From a virus (lineage: Duplodnaviria; Caudoviricetes): 52,964 bases of DNA. The notes under the pieces are model-generated. The model had not been told where the DNA came from. It searched no databases and saw only the letters and a list, made by a program, of their open reading frames with translations. Position numbers and translations under genes: made by a program. Shown one piece after another: positions 36,271 to 43,963 of the stretch. Numbering within the stretch: position 1 is the first letter of the stretch; each line of letters opens with the position of its first letter. The stretch spans positions 1 to 52,964 of the IMG/VR virus record IMGVR_UViG_3300037351_000019. One strand, 5' to 3'.

Positions 36271-37199
36271 TGTCGACTCCGACCGAGACCTTACTTTCGA
36301 CGCCGTTCTCAGTCTCGCCCTATCAGCCCTACGCAATCTGTTCTGGCAGTGACGGGCGGCTCTGGTTCACCACGAGCGACGTCTACGTGGGTGCGATGAC
36401 GACCGCTGGCGTCGTGAGTACCTACTCGACCCCCGCACTCAGTGGTCAAGGACCGATCGTCGCGGGGCCTGACGGGAATCTCTGGATTCTCTATGGATAT
36501 GTCGGGGTCTACACCGATATCGCACAGGTCGACACCAGCGGGACGGTATTGAACACGTGGAACCTCACGACCGGTCTGGGAAGCCTCTGCGTCGGAGCGG
36601 ACGGGAACCTCTACGGAACGTCACCGACGACGAACGTCTTAGTACGAATAACCATGAGCGGCGTTCAGACCGCACTCACTGTCACCGGAGCGGTCGCGTT
36701 CGGTCAAGCGATCTGTTCGGCGGCCGACGGGAACTTAATGATCCCTCGCTACGTTCTTTCCTCGGTCTACGAGGTTGACCTCACTGGGACTTTGGTCGCC
36801 ACTTACACGGCCAGTGGTTTTGATGCTGCTGGGATTGCGTTGGGCGGCGACGGGAACTACTGGATCTCTGACGACAACAACGTGTGGCAGATGACGCCGA
36901 GCGGATCGTTCACGGACTTTCCTTCTTCTGGCACGCACGCCTACTACAACGTGGTCCCAACCGGTGATTCGATCTGGTTCACTACGTCAACGTCAGGGGA
37001 TAACTATGCGGCCCTGGTCAGTGACTACTCAGGGGATTTGACACAGGTCGAAATCACCGACGGCACACTCATCTACCCCGGCGGCTACGGCTCCTGTGTC
37101 GGACCGGATGGGAACCTCTACTTCACCGACTCGACCAATGACGTGATTTGGAAGGTCGGGATTTCCACGGGCGGCGCTCAGATAATCATGATGTTGTAG
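36270..37199 (+). CDS. Vgb-lyase-like beta-propeller, probable receptor-binding or tail protein
   Basis: About seven G(P/A/S)DGNLW/Y repeats. Confidence 0.7.
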   Translation: MSTPTETLLSTPFSVSPYQPYAICSGSDGRLWFTTSDVYVGAMTTAGVVSTYSTPALSGQGPIVAGPDGNLWILYGYVGVYTDIAQVDTSGTVLNTWNLTTGLGSLCVGADGNLYGTSPTTNVLVRITMSGVQTALTVTGAVAFGQAICSAADGNLMIPRYVLSSVYEVDLTGTLVATYTASGFDAAGIALGGDGNYWISDDNNVWQMTPSGSFTDFPSSGTHAYYNVVPTGDSIWFTTSTSGDNYAALVSDYSGDLTQVEITDGTLIYPGGYGSCVGPDGNLYFTDSTNDVIWKVGISTGGAQIIMML

Positions 37200-37239
37200 G
37201 TGTCCGTGAAACTCTCGACATCGAAAGTAATCTGAACCC

Positions 37240-37845
37240 ATGAGCTACAACCGCGATAACGCCGGCGCTGCTGCGCTTGAGTTCGCTCGACAACTGGACG
37301 GCAAGCCCTACGTCTACGGGGGGACGTGGCCGCAATCAGGTGGAACCGACTGTGACGGACTCGTGACGTGGGCCTACGCGCAAGTCGGTGTTCACTTGAT
37401 TCGACCGACCGAGACGACCTACAAGGAATACCCGATCGGCAACAGTGTGCCGTATGAGGTCGGTGACCTGATATTCATTCCCGGCGCGCCGATCGATCCC
37501 AACCCGGGTCACGTCATGATGTACGTCGGGCCCGGACTCGTTTTCCAAGCCGAAGAGACCGGAACACTCATCGGGCAGTTCCCCTACGACACCGACAACT
37601 TTGAGTTCCGCACTCGCCCAGCTTTAGCACTACCTCTGCCGCCTAAGCCAACGACTAATCCCACAGCGGCGCAACTGACGAAGGCTGGCCTCGTGTTACT
37701 CACGACGAAGGCGCAGGTCAACCTTGCAGTTGCGAACAAGTGGACCGTGTTCTACTGGGGAGGGTTGATGTTTCGACCAGACGTGAATCTCAATATCGCC
37801 GCCAATCGGTTGTACGCGAACAAGAACTATCGGAAACACCGATAA
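37240..37845 (+). CDS. NlpC/P60 peptidase (endolysin candidate); probably leaderless
   Basis: GKPYVYGG, DCDGL, GDLIF and GHVMMYVG motifs; TAATCT lies 6 nt before the ATG. Confidence 0.85.
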   Translation: MSYNRDNAGAAALEFARQLDGKPYVYGGTWPQSGGTDCDGLVTWAYAQVGVHLIRPTETTYKEYPIGNSVPYEVGDLIFIPGAPIDPNPGHVMMYVGPGLVFQAEETGTLIGQFPYDTDNFEFRTRPALALPLPPKPTTNPTAAQLTKAGLVLLTTKAQVNLAVANKWTVFYWGGLMFRPDVNLNIAANRLYANKNYRKHR

Positions 37846-37848
37846 CTT

Positions 37849-38508
37849 GTGCTCGGCGTCATCGTCCAACAGACCGCGCCACACGTGTCGTCATTCACAG
37901 AGATCGCTGACGGACTCATCATCGCGATGCTCACGGGGCTCGGCGTCTACGTCGCGAAGCAGTTCAAGTTCGTCCACGAACTACGAGAGTTCATCGTCGG
38001 GCGCCCTAAGAGCGACCTTGAACCGGAGCCACCGCCCGGATTCATGGAACAGATCAAAGACGCCAACGCGAACGCCGCTACCGCTATCGCGGCGACGAGA
38101 GCCGCTACCGCTGAGACGAAGGAAAACTCCGAAGCCGTACTCGCGATGTCAACTCGTTTCGGGCAACAGAACGGCACGGTACTGAAGATTCAAGACGACG
38201 TCGTGAGCCTGCACAACTCCGTCGCAAACATCGAGACAACGCTGTCTGAGATTGCCGGTAAGCCCCCCGCCTCAGTCGCCGAGGTCAAAGAGGCCCTCGC
38301 CTCGGAGCATGAAGCGAGCGAAGCGCGTCAGGCGGACATCCTGGGTGCTATTCAGCACGACACCGCCGCGCTCGTGAAGGACTCAAAGCCTGATGCTGGA
38401 AGTAGTTCGCGTGACGTGCTGGACGAACAGACCCGCGTATTGGGCGAGATTGTCGACGAACAGAGTCGAGTGAAAGAAGAACGGCGAAAAGACGACGAGG
38501 GAGCCTAG
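37849..38508 (+). CDS. Membrane-anchored coiled-coil protein (lysis region)
   Basis: One N-terminal TM segment plus coiled coil. Confidence 0.55.
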   Translation: MLGVIVQQTAPHVSSFTEIADGLIIAMLTGLGVYVAKQFKFVHELREFIVGRPKSDLEPEPPPGFMEQIKDANANAATAIAATRAATAETKENSEAVLAMSTRFGQQNGTVLKIQDDVVSLHNSVANIETTLSEIAGKPPASVAEVKEALASEHEASEARQADILGAIQHDTAALVKDSKPDAGSSSRDVLDEQTRVLGEIVDEQSRVKEERRKDDEGA

Positions 38509-38517
38509 GCTTCGGAT

Positions 38518-38586
38518 ATGCGCGGTTGGCTCATCCCGGTTCTCATCATCGTCGTGATTCTGATCCTTCTTGGCGCGTTTCACTAA
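38518..38586 (+). CDS. 22-aa hydrophobic peptide (not in ORF track)
   Basis: MRGWLIPVLIIVVILILLGAFH fills the gap in the operon. Confidence 0.45.
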   Translation: MRGWLIPVLIIVVILILLGAFH

Positions 38587-38598
38587 CGAAAGGTCATC

Positions 38599-38784
38599 AT
38601 GACTAACCCTTCACCGACTCGCAGGCGTTACCGCCTTCCAATCTGGCTCATCCTCGCCATCGTGATGTTCGCTCTCATGATCATCGTGGCCTCAGGAGCG
38701 GCCTTCATCACCAGTTGGGCCGTGTGGCTCGGCGCTGGTCTGATTGCGGTCTGTCTGCACCTGTGGTTCGCCACGGAGCTCTGA
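38599..38784 (+). CDS. Holin-like 2-TM protein
   Basis: Basic N-terminus and two TM helices; lysis region. Confidence 0.55.
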   Translation: MTNPSPTRRRYRLPIWLILAIVMFALMIIVASGAAFITSWAVWLGAGLIAVCLHLWFATEL

Positions 38785-38797
38785 TTAATCTCGCCCC

Positions 38798-39298
38798 GTG
38801 AGTTGGCTTTCGCACCAATGGTTCACGTGGTGGTGGAGTTCGGACAAGGGCAATGGCCCCGAGAATATTCAGTGGACGATCCTTGCACTTATCGCCGCAT
38901 CATTCCTTATCCCCGCCGTGCGAAACTTCTTCAAACGGCTGGAGTCGAAGGTCGACCACGTAATCACCAACCACCCTGACATACCCGAATACGATGAGGC
39001 GAAGGCAGAATTCGAGAAGTGGGAACATTGGCTCGTGACGCTCGTCAAGAGCCTTTCGAAAAGGAGAAGCATGACCAAGAAGAATGACCGCAGGTTCGAA
39101 GCACTTCACGACAAGGTTGATGCAAATCACGCGGAGGTCTTGAAGCGACTGGAAGCGAACCAGACGAAGACGCAGAGTCTTCTCTTCGATCACCACGTCG
39201 ACACCATCGAGGCATTGAAGCCGAAGCCGCGCGTGAGAAAGCCTGTGAAGAAGGTCGCCAAAAAAGCGGCTCCTGCAAAGAAGGCGGCGAAGGGATGA
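38798..39298 (+). CDS. Membrane protein with Lys/Ala-rich tail
   Basis: One TM segment; KKVAKKAAPAKKAAK. Confidence 0.5.
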   Translation: MSWLSHQWFTWWWSSDKGNGPENIQWTILALIAASFLIPAVRNFFKRLESKVDHVITNHPDIPEYDEAKAEFEKWEHWLVTLVKSLSKRRSMTKKNDRRFEALHDKVDANHAEVLKRLEANQTKTQSLLFDHHVDTIEALKPKPRVRKPVKKVAKKAAPAKKAAKG

Positions 39299-40257
39299 GC
39301 GACGAGATCGTAGCGGGCCGCGTTGGCCCCCACAAGGAGAGCCACGAACCCCGACTCAAGGCTCGAGACTTCCTCGTCGGTGTAACCCCGGTCCAGGGGT
39401 TCCTTGAGTGGGATGGGACGAAGGGAATCGGTGAGCGTTGGGGGATGCTCGGCAATGACGTGTTCGGCGATTGTGGGCCCGCGGCGACGTCGCACAACAA
39501 CATGGCGAAAGCCGGTAATCCGAGCATTGGCGGTGATCTAGGACGACCGAAGTTCAATGGCGTCGAAGGAACGTACTTCGCCTACGGCATCGCCCAAGGT
39601 GAACCGGGACCGGAGCCTGACGAGGGCGTGGACAACGCGACGTGGTTGGGTTTCCTCTACAAAGAGGGAATCATCTACGGCTACGGGGAAGTGGACGATG
39701 AAGAGTTCGACTGGTTCGCTCAGTTGTTCGACGGTGCGATCGTCGGTCAAGGTCTTGACGGTCAGATTGCCTCAAATGACTTCAACGCCTCCCCGAGAAT
39801 CCCGTGGGACACGATGGACCAACCGGACGGCCATGACACCTTGACGATCATCACGCACGCTGACGGCTCGGGCGCTCTCGTTACCTGGGGAGCAGTACAG
39901 CCCTACACGGCGGCATACCGAAGGACGAACTGGCAGGACCGTTGGGTCATCTTCGACGCCGACGACCCGAACATCGACCATGCCAAACTACAAGCCGCAC
40001 TCGCTGACGTTCACGGAACCGTCACGCCTACCGCGTCTACTCCCGCCAAGGAATCATTCCTCGAAGAGGTTCTTGACAAGGTGCGCGCTGAGTTCAAGGG
40101 TTTCGAGGAATCCAAGACCTTCGAGGCCGCTGAGAAGCGCGTGAAGGAACTCGAACAGGGTCTGCACAAGGCGATGGGCTTGGCGCTCTCTCGCGAGTCG
40201 GAGACGGTCATCCTTGACGTGCTGAAGCAAATAGTCGCTGACTACATCCGAGTGTGA
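39295..40257 (+). CDS. Papain-fold cysteine peptidase-like protein
   Basis: MLGND.FGDC, GHD and VTWG motifs. Confidence 0.7.
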   Translation: MSDEIVAGRVGPHKESHEPRLKARDFLVGVTPVQGFLEWDGTKGIGERWGMLGNDVFGDCGPAATSHNNMAKAGNPSIGGDLGRPKFNGVEGTYFAYGIAQGEPGPEPDEGVDNATWLGFLYKEGIIYGYGEVDDEEFDWFAQLFDGAIVGQGLDGQIASNDFNASPRIPWDTMDQPDGHDTLTIITHADGSGALVTWGAVQPYTAAYRRTNWQDRWVIFDADDPNIDHAKLQAALADVHGTVTPTASTPAKESFLEEVLDKVRAEFKGFEESKTFEAAEKRVKELEQGLHKAMGLALSRESETVILDVLKQIVADYIRV

Positions 40258-40748
40258 TCGCCGGCGACATTGGGTTTGCTCGCACGACGGGTGTGATGGG
40301 TCGACTGATACGTTTCGGAGAACTACTCAAAGGCAAACCCGGTAGCGAGTGGAATCATCAGTTCATCGTCGACCGACAGATTGACGGAGAGTGGTACATC
40401 ATCCAAGCAACCATGAGGGGCGTCACGGATACGGCGAAACTCGCTGACGTAGCTCCGGGTGGAAAGTACGTCACGATGTCACCGCCGACCGAATGCGACC
40501 GCGCGAAGATTCTGGAGTTCAATCGCGCACAGGTTGGGGATAAATATTCATTCCTGACGATCCTCTCGATCGCCTTCGACATCCTGACGTGGAACTTCGT
40601 CCCAGCGTTCATGAACTCCTATCGTCAGTCGTGGGTCTGCTCGGGCTTGGTGAATGAATCCATGCGTTACGCAGGCTGGTTACATGAATACATAAACGTA
40701 TACTTAGTCACCCCCCAACAGGGCTTCAACGCTCTGAAACCCCAATGA
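40254..40748 (+). CDS. Permuted papain-like (YiiX/YebB-like) amidase
   Basis: AGDIGF, WNH before WVCSGLV, C-terminal VTP. Confidence 0.7.
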   Translation: MIAGDIGFARTTGVMGRLIRFGELLKGKPGSEWNHQFIVDRQIDGEWYIIQATMRGVTDTAKLADVAPGGKYVTMSPPTECDRAKILEFNRAQVGDKYSFLTILSIAFDILTWNFVPAFMNSYRQSWVCSGLVNESMRYAGWLHEYINVYLVTPQQGFNALKPQ

Positions 40749-40760
40749 TTTAGCGGGTTT
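40737..40760. repeat. Left 24-bp site; 40742-40760 is a perfect inverted repeat of 42846-42864
   Basis: CCAATGATTTAGCGGGTTT versus AAACCCGCTAAATCATTGG. Confidence 0.8.
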
Positions 40761-40792
40761 GGAGATTTGTCACACAAACCGTAAACGGATGA

Positions 40793-40800
40793 TGTATGAT
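40793..40800 (+). promoter_or_regulatory. -10 element for the Y RNA/Ro60 transcript
   Basis: TGTATGAT half-site ends a few nt before Y RNA unit 1. Confidence 0.55.
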
Positions 40801-40803
40801 TCA

Positions 40804-40887
40804 TCTCAGTTGTAAACGGGCCGGACGCTTAAGGGTTATCTTGATAATATCTCCCTCGGCGAACAACTCGTCTGTTTAGTTCTGAGA
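40804..40887 (+). ncRNA. Y RNA-like unit 1 (short)
   Basis: TAAACGGGC-C-GG pairs with TCGTCTGTTTA (bulged C); TCTCAG/CTGAGA outer stem; shares GGTTATC and AACA.CTC with units 2 and 3. Confidence 0.7.
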
Positions 40888-40968
40888 AGTGAAGATGGGT
40901 CGGCTGCTTGACGGTTATCAACTGCTAATTGAAAAAATACCGTTGGCAAACACTCATCCATCTGAACT
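40888..40968 (+). ncRNA. Y RNA-like unit 2 (short, anticodon-like hairpin)
   Basis: AGATGGGT-C-GG pairs with TCATCCATCT; TGCTTGACGGT/ACCGTTGGCA stem; TCAA-CTGCTAA-TTGA hairpin. Confidence 0.75.
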
Positions 40969-40973
40969 CTCAA

Positions 40974-41119
40974 GATGTGAAATGCGGGTCGGCTTCAAAG
41001 GGTTATCCATCTTAAGGAAGAGGTCGCTGGTTCGAGTCCAGTCAGCCGCGCAAGTGGTTGTAGCTCAGTTGGTTAGAGCGCTTAATCCCCTTTGGAAACA
41101 CTCATCTGCACTGCACATC
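40974..41119 (+). ncRNA. yrlA: YrlA-like Y RNA with circularly permuted tRNA module
   Basis: Bulged-C Ro stem; T arm GCTGG-TTCGAGT-CCAGT (41026-42); acceptor-like stem CAGCCGC-GCAA-GTGGTTG; D arm GCTC-AGTTGGTTA-GAGC; adjacent to Ro60. Confidence 0.88.
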
Positions 41120-41168
41120 GTTCTGATCAGTCGGGGCTCGTCAAACCCACGACATGAAAGGAACACCG

Positions 41169-42761
41169 ATGACGAATTACCTGAAGCACATCACCGAGAC
41201 ACCGCAGACCGAAGCAATCCCCGGCCGAGAAGACGCGATGAAGTTGAACCACGCTGGCGGCTACTCATTCCAAGTCGACGACTGGGCGCGTCTCAATCGC
41301 TTCCTGATCCTCGGAACTGAAGGCGGCACGTACTACGTCGGTGAAGGAAAACTGACGCGCGAGAATGCCGGCGTCGTCTTGCGTTGCATAAAGCAGGACG
41401 GTATTCGCGTCGTGAATCGAATCGTCGAAGTCTCGGACCAGGGACTTGCGCCGAAGAATGACCCCGCAATCTTCGCTCTTGCGTTGTGTGCGAAGAACGG
41501 CGACGACGCAACTCGTTCACTGGCCTACAGATCAGTTCCGAAGGTCTGTCGAATCGGGACGCACTTGTTCCAGTTTGCGGAGTGCATCAACGAACTCGGC
41601 GGATGGGGTCGCGGCGCGCGTAAGGCTGTCGCTTCGTGGTACACGGAGAGGGAGCCCGAGAAGTTGGCCTACCAGTTGGTGAAGTACCGCCAGCGCAACG
41701 GGTGGTCACATCGGGACTTGCTTCGACTCTCGCATCCGAAGGCCACCGACGACGATCACGCGCTGTTGCTTCGCTACGCTGCCGGCAAGATCGAAGGTGC
41801 CACAGGTGGAGAGTTACCCAACATCATCACCGCCTACGAGTTTGCCAAGACCGCAACCATTGCTCAGACGGTGAGCCTCATAGAGGACTTCGACATGCCT
41901 CGCGAGTGCGTGAACACGGAATACCTGAACGACCCGAAGGTTCTCGAGGCGTTGCTTCAGAACATGCCGACGACCGCGCTCATCCGCAATCTCGGCAACC
42001 TCACGAAGGCCGGTGTCTTGACACCGTTCTCAGATGGAACGAAGCGAGCTATTGAACTACTCACCAACGCCGAGTCAATCCAAAAGTCTCGCGTTCACCC
42101 AATGGCGATCTATCTCGCGATGATTACCTACGGCTCGGGCCACGGTGATCGAGGACGGGGAGAATGGACGCCGGTGCAAGAGGTCATGGGGGCGCTTGAC
42201 AACGCCTTCTACGCTTCCATGCCGAACGTCGTCCCGAGCGGTAAGCGAGTGCTGTTCGCTCTTGATACCTCGGGTTCGATGGGCGGTGGGTACGGAACTG
42301 GCCGAGGGTACGACGCTCCCATCGCCAAGGCCGCAGCGATGGCGCTCATTGCAGCCAAGACCGAACCTCGCAGCATGATCATCGGCGTTGACACCGGAGT
42401 CCAGCAGGTCGGGATTCATCCGAACATGCGACTCGATGACGCCATCAAAGAGGCCGGTCGTCACGGTGGCGGCGGGACGTATCTCTCGTTGCCGTATCGC
42501 GCACTCATGGCTCAGAAGTACGACGTTGATGGGGTAGTTGTCTACACCGACTGCGAGACGTGGGCCGGTCGTGGTCATCCCTCACAGGCGTTGAATGAGT
42601 ACCGACGTTCCGTTGGTCACGAAGTCAGAAACGTCATCGCGTCAATGACGGCGACGAGCCATTCGGTCGGTGACGTGGAAGACCCGTTGACGTTGCAGTG
42701 TGTGGGCTTAGACGCGAGTCTCCCGCAGACGATAAGCCAGTTCATCGGCGGTCAATTCTGA
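41169..42761 (+). CDS. rsr: Ro60 / TROVE-vWA RNA-binding protein
   Basis: NHAGGYSF, RLNRFLILGTEGGTYY, KYRQRNGWSHRDLLRLSHP, MPTTALIRNLG, MIDAS DTSGS and TDCET; RBS GAAAGGA. Confidence 0.96.
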   Translation: MTNYLKHITETPQTEAIPGREDAMKLNHAGGYSFQVDDWARLNRFLILGTEGGTYYVGEGKLTRENAGVVLRCIKQDGIRVVNRIVEVSDQGLAPKNDPAIFALALCAKNGDDATRSLAYRSVPKVCRIGTHLFQFAECINELGGWGRGARKAVASWYTEREPEKLAYQLVKYRQRNGWSHRDLLRLSHPKATDDDHALLLRYAAGKIEGATGGELPNIITAYEFAKTATIAQTVSLIEDFDMPRECVNTEYLNDPKVLEALLQNMPTTALIRNLGNLTKAGVLTPFSDGTKRAIELLTNAESIQKSRVHPMAIYLAMITYGSGHGDRGRGEWTPVQEVMGALDNAFYASMPNVVPSGKRVLFALDTSGSMGGGYGTGRGYDAPIAKAAAMALIAAKTEPRSMIIGVDTGVQQVGIHPNMRLDDAIKEAGRHGGGGTYLSLPYRALMAQKYDVDGVVVYTDCETWAGRGHPSQALNEYRRSVGHEVRNVIASMTATSHSVGDVEDPLTLQCVGLDASLPQTISQFIGGQF

Positions 42762-42806
42762 TAGGGTAGTCGCATCGCCTTCGGGTGGTAACTTCCCCTC
42801 CAGGAA

Positions 42807-42843
42807 GTGATGAAGCGGGGTCTTCGGGGCCCCGTTTCGTCGC
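42807..42843 (+). terminator. Long stable hairpin with a C(UUCG)G loop after rsr
   Basis: GTGATGAAGCGGGGTC-TTCG-GGGCCCCGTTTCGTCGC. Confidence 0.65.
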
Positions 42844-42845
42844 GT

Positions 42846-42869
42846 AAACCCGCTAAATCATTGGACTTT
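42846..42869. repeat. Right 24-bp site (inverted partner of 40737-40760)
   Basis: AAACCC GCTAAATCATTG GACTTT. Confidence 0.8.
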
Positions 42870-42900
42870 CGGGCCGTGTCACAGTTCAAGACTAGATTAT

Positions 42901-42948
42901 TGTATGATTAAACATACGTTCAAACTGAGCGTACCTGGAGAGGAAAAG
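42901..42948 (+). promoter_or_regulatory. Promoter/operator TGTATGA-TTAA-ACATACG plus RBS CTGGAGAGG
   Basis: Degenerate copy of the 547/15206 palindrome. Confidence 0.7.
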
Positions 42949-42949
42949 T

Positions 42950-43111
42950 ATGACTGAACATGGACTGAACGGCTGTGAGCGCGAGATCTACGAACTCAGG
43001 CGCGAACTGCGTAACGAGCGTCAGGTCTCCGCTGAATCATCGGCGCGACTGAACGCCATCATCGAGCAGTGTGAGGCGACCATCGCTGAGTTGCGGGCGG
43101 TGAAGGTATGA
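42950..43111 (+). CDS. 53-aa coiled-coil protein (not in ORF track)
   Basis: Strong RBS; ATGA overlap with the exonuclease gene. Confidence 0.6.
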   Translation: MTEHGLNGCEREIYELRRELRNERQVSAESSARLNAIIEQCEATIAELRAVKV

Positions 43112-43962
43112 CGAACCCGTCGATATTTCTCGGTGAGGTCGACGCCAAACCGCAAGACGAGGATCTTCGTTTCTACTCGGTGACGACGCTGATCGGTCTT
43201 GACAAGCCGGCCCTGCTGTACTGGGCCGCTGAACAGACCGCCGAACTCGCGGTGCACGTTGCGTCATCACTTCCCCGACGAATCAAAGAGGAAGGACGCG
43301 ACGCCGTTGTCAAGTGGTTGCGTGACGCACGCTTCCGACCACAGAAAGGAATGGTGTCGGCGGCTGAACTCGGCACTCAGGTCCACGAGGCCGTTGAACA
43401 GTACGCACTCACTGGAATCCGTCCAGACGTCGAGAACCCCGAGGTACTTCCATTCCTTGACCGCTTCGATGAGTGGGCGCAGATTTGGCAGCCCGAGTAC
43501 ATTGCGGCCGAGGCAGCGGTCTACAACAAGACCTACGGCTACGCCGGGACTCTGGACAACCTCATGAAGGTCCAGGGAATGACGGTGATCTCAGACACGA
43601 AGACATCGCGCAAAGCCGTTGGGTCTGACGGCAAGCCAACGGGACCGTACCCCGAGGCGGCGTTGCAACTGTCGGCCTATCGCTACGCCGAACTCATTGC
43701 AACATGGCGAGCGCGTCGGTTCGAGAAGTACCGACGTCGCTACTACCTTTTGAACACCGACGAGGAAGAACTCGGCGTGAAGATGCCACAGGTCGACGGG
43801 GCGGTCGTGTTGCACCTGACACCTGAGCACGCGACACTACACCCAGTCAAGGCCGACGAAGAGGTATTCGAGAAGTTTCTTCATTGCATAGAAATCTTCG
43901 ACTGGGCAAATGGCCTAGCGAAACAGGTCATCGGCGAACCCATGATCAGAAGGGCGGTATGA
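43108..43962 (+). CDS. PD-(D/E)XK (Cas4/RecB-like) exonuclease
   Basis: SVTTLI, GTQVH, E...YAGTLD, DTKTS and QLSAY motifs. Confidence 0.85.
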   Translation: MTNPSIFLGEVDAKPQDEDLRFYSVTTLIGLDKPALLYWAAEQTAELAVHVASSLPRRIKEEGRDAVVKWLRDARFRPQKGMVSAAELGTQVHEAVEQYALTGIRPDVENPEVLPFLDRFDEWAQIWQPEYIAAEAAVYNKTYGYAGTLDNLMKVQGMTVISDTKTSRKAVGSDGKPTGPYPEAALQLSAYRYAELIATWRARRFEKYRRRYYLLNTDEEELGVKMPQVDGAVVLHLTPEHATLHPVKADEEVFEKFLHCIEIFDWANGLAKQVIGEPMIRRAV

Positions 43963-43963
43963 A

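Noticed and set aside
36270-37199. Streptogramin resistance gene (vgb)
   Set aside because: Only generic propeller repeats are seen, and the gene is coupled to tail genes.
41021-41083. Canonical tRNA gene
   Set aside because: The T arm precedes the D arm, the acceptor stem is closed by a tetraloop, and there is no CCA end. It fits a YrlA-type module instead.
40804-41119. CRISPR-like array
   Set aside because: Only short motifs are shared, each unit pairs end to end, there are no identical repeats with spacers, and no cas operon is present.
40889-41320. 143-aa ORF in the track
   Set aside because: It overlaps the structured RNAs and the rsr start in another frame, with no RBS or recognisable motif.
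43108-43962. CRISPR Cas4
   Set aside because: No Fe-S cysteine set and no cas neighbours; the context is a phage recombination pair.
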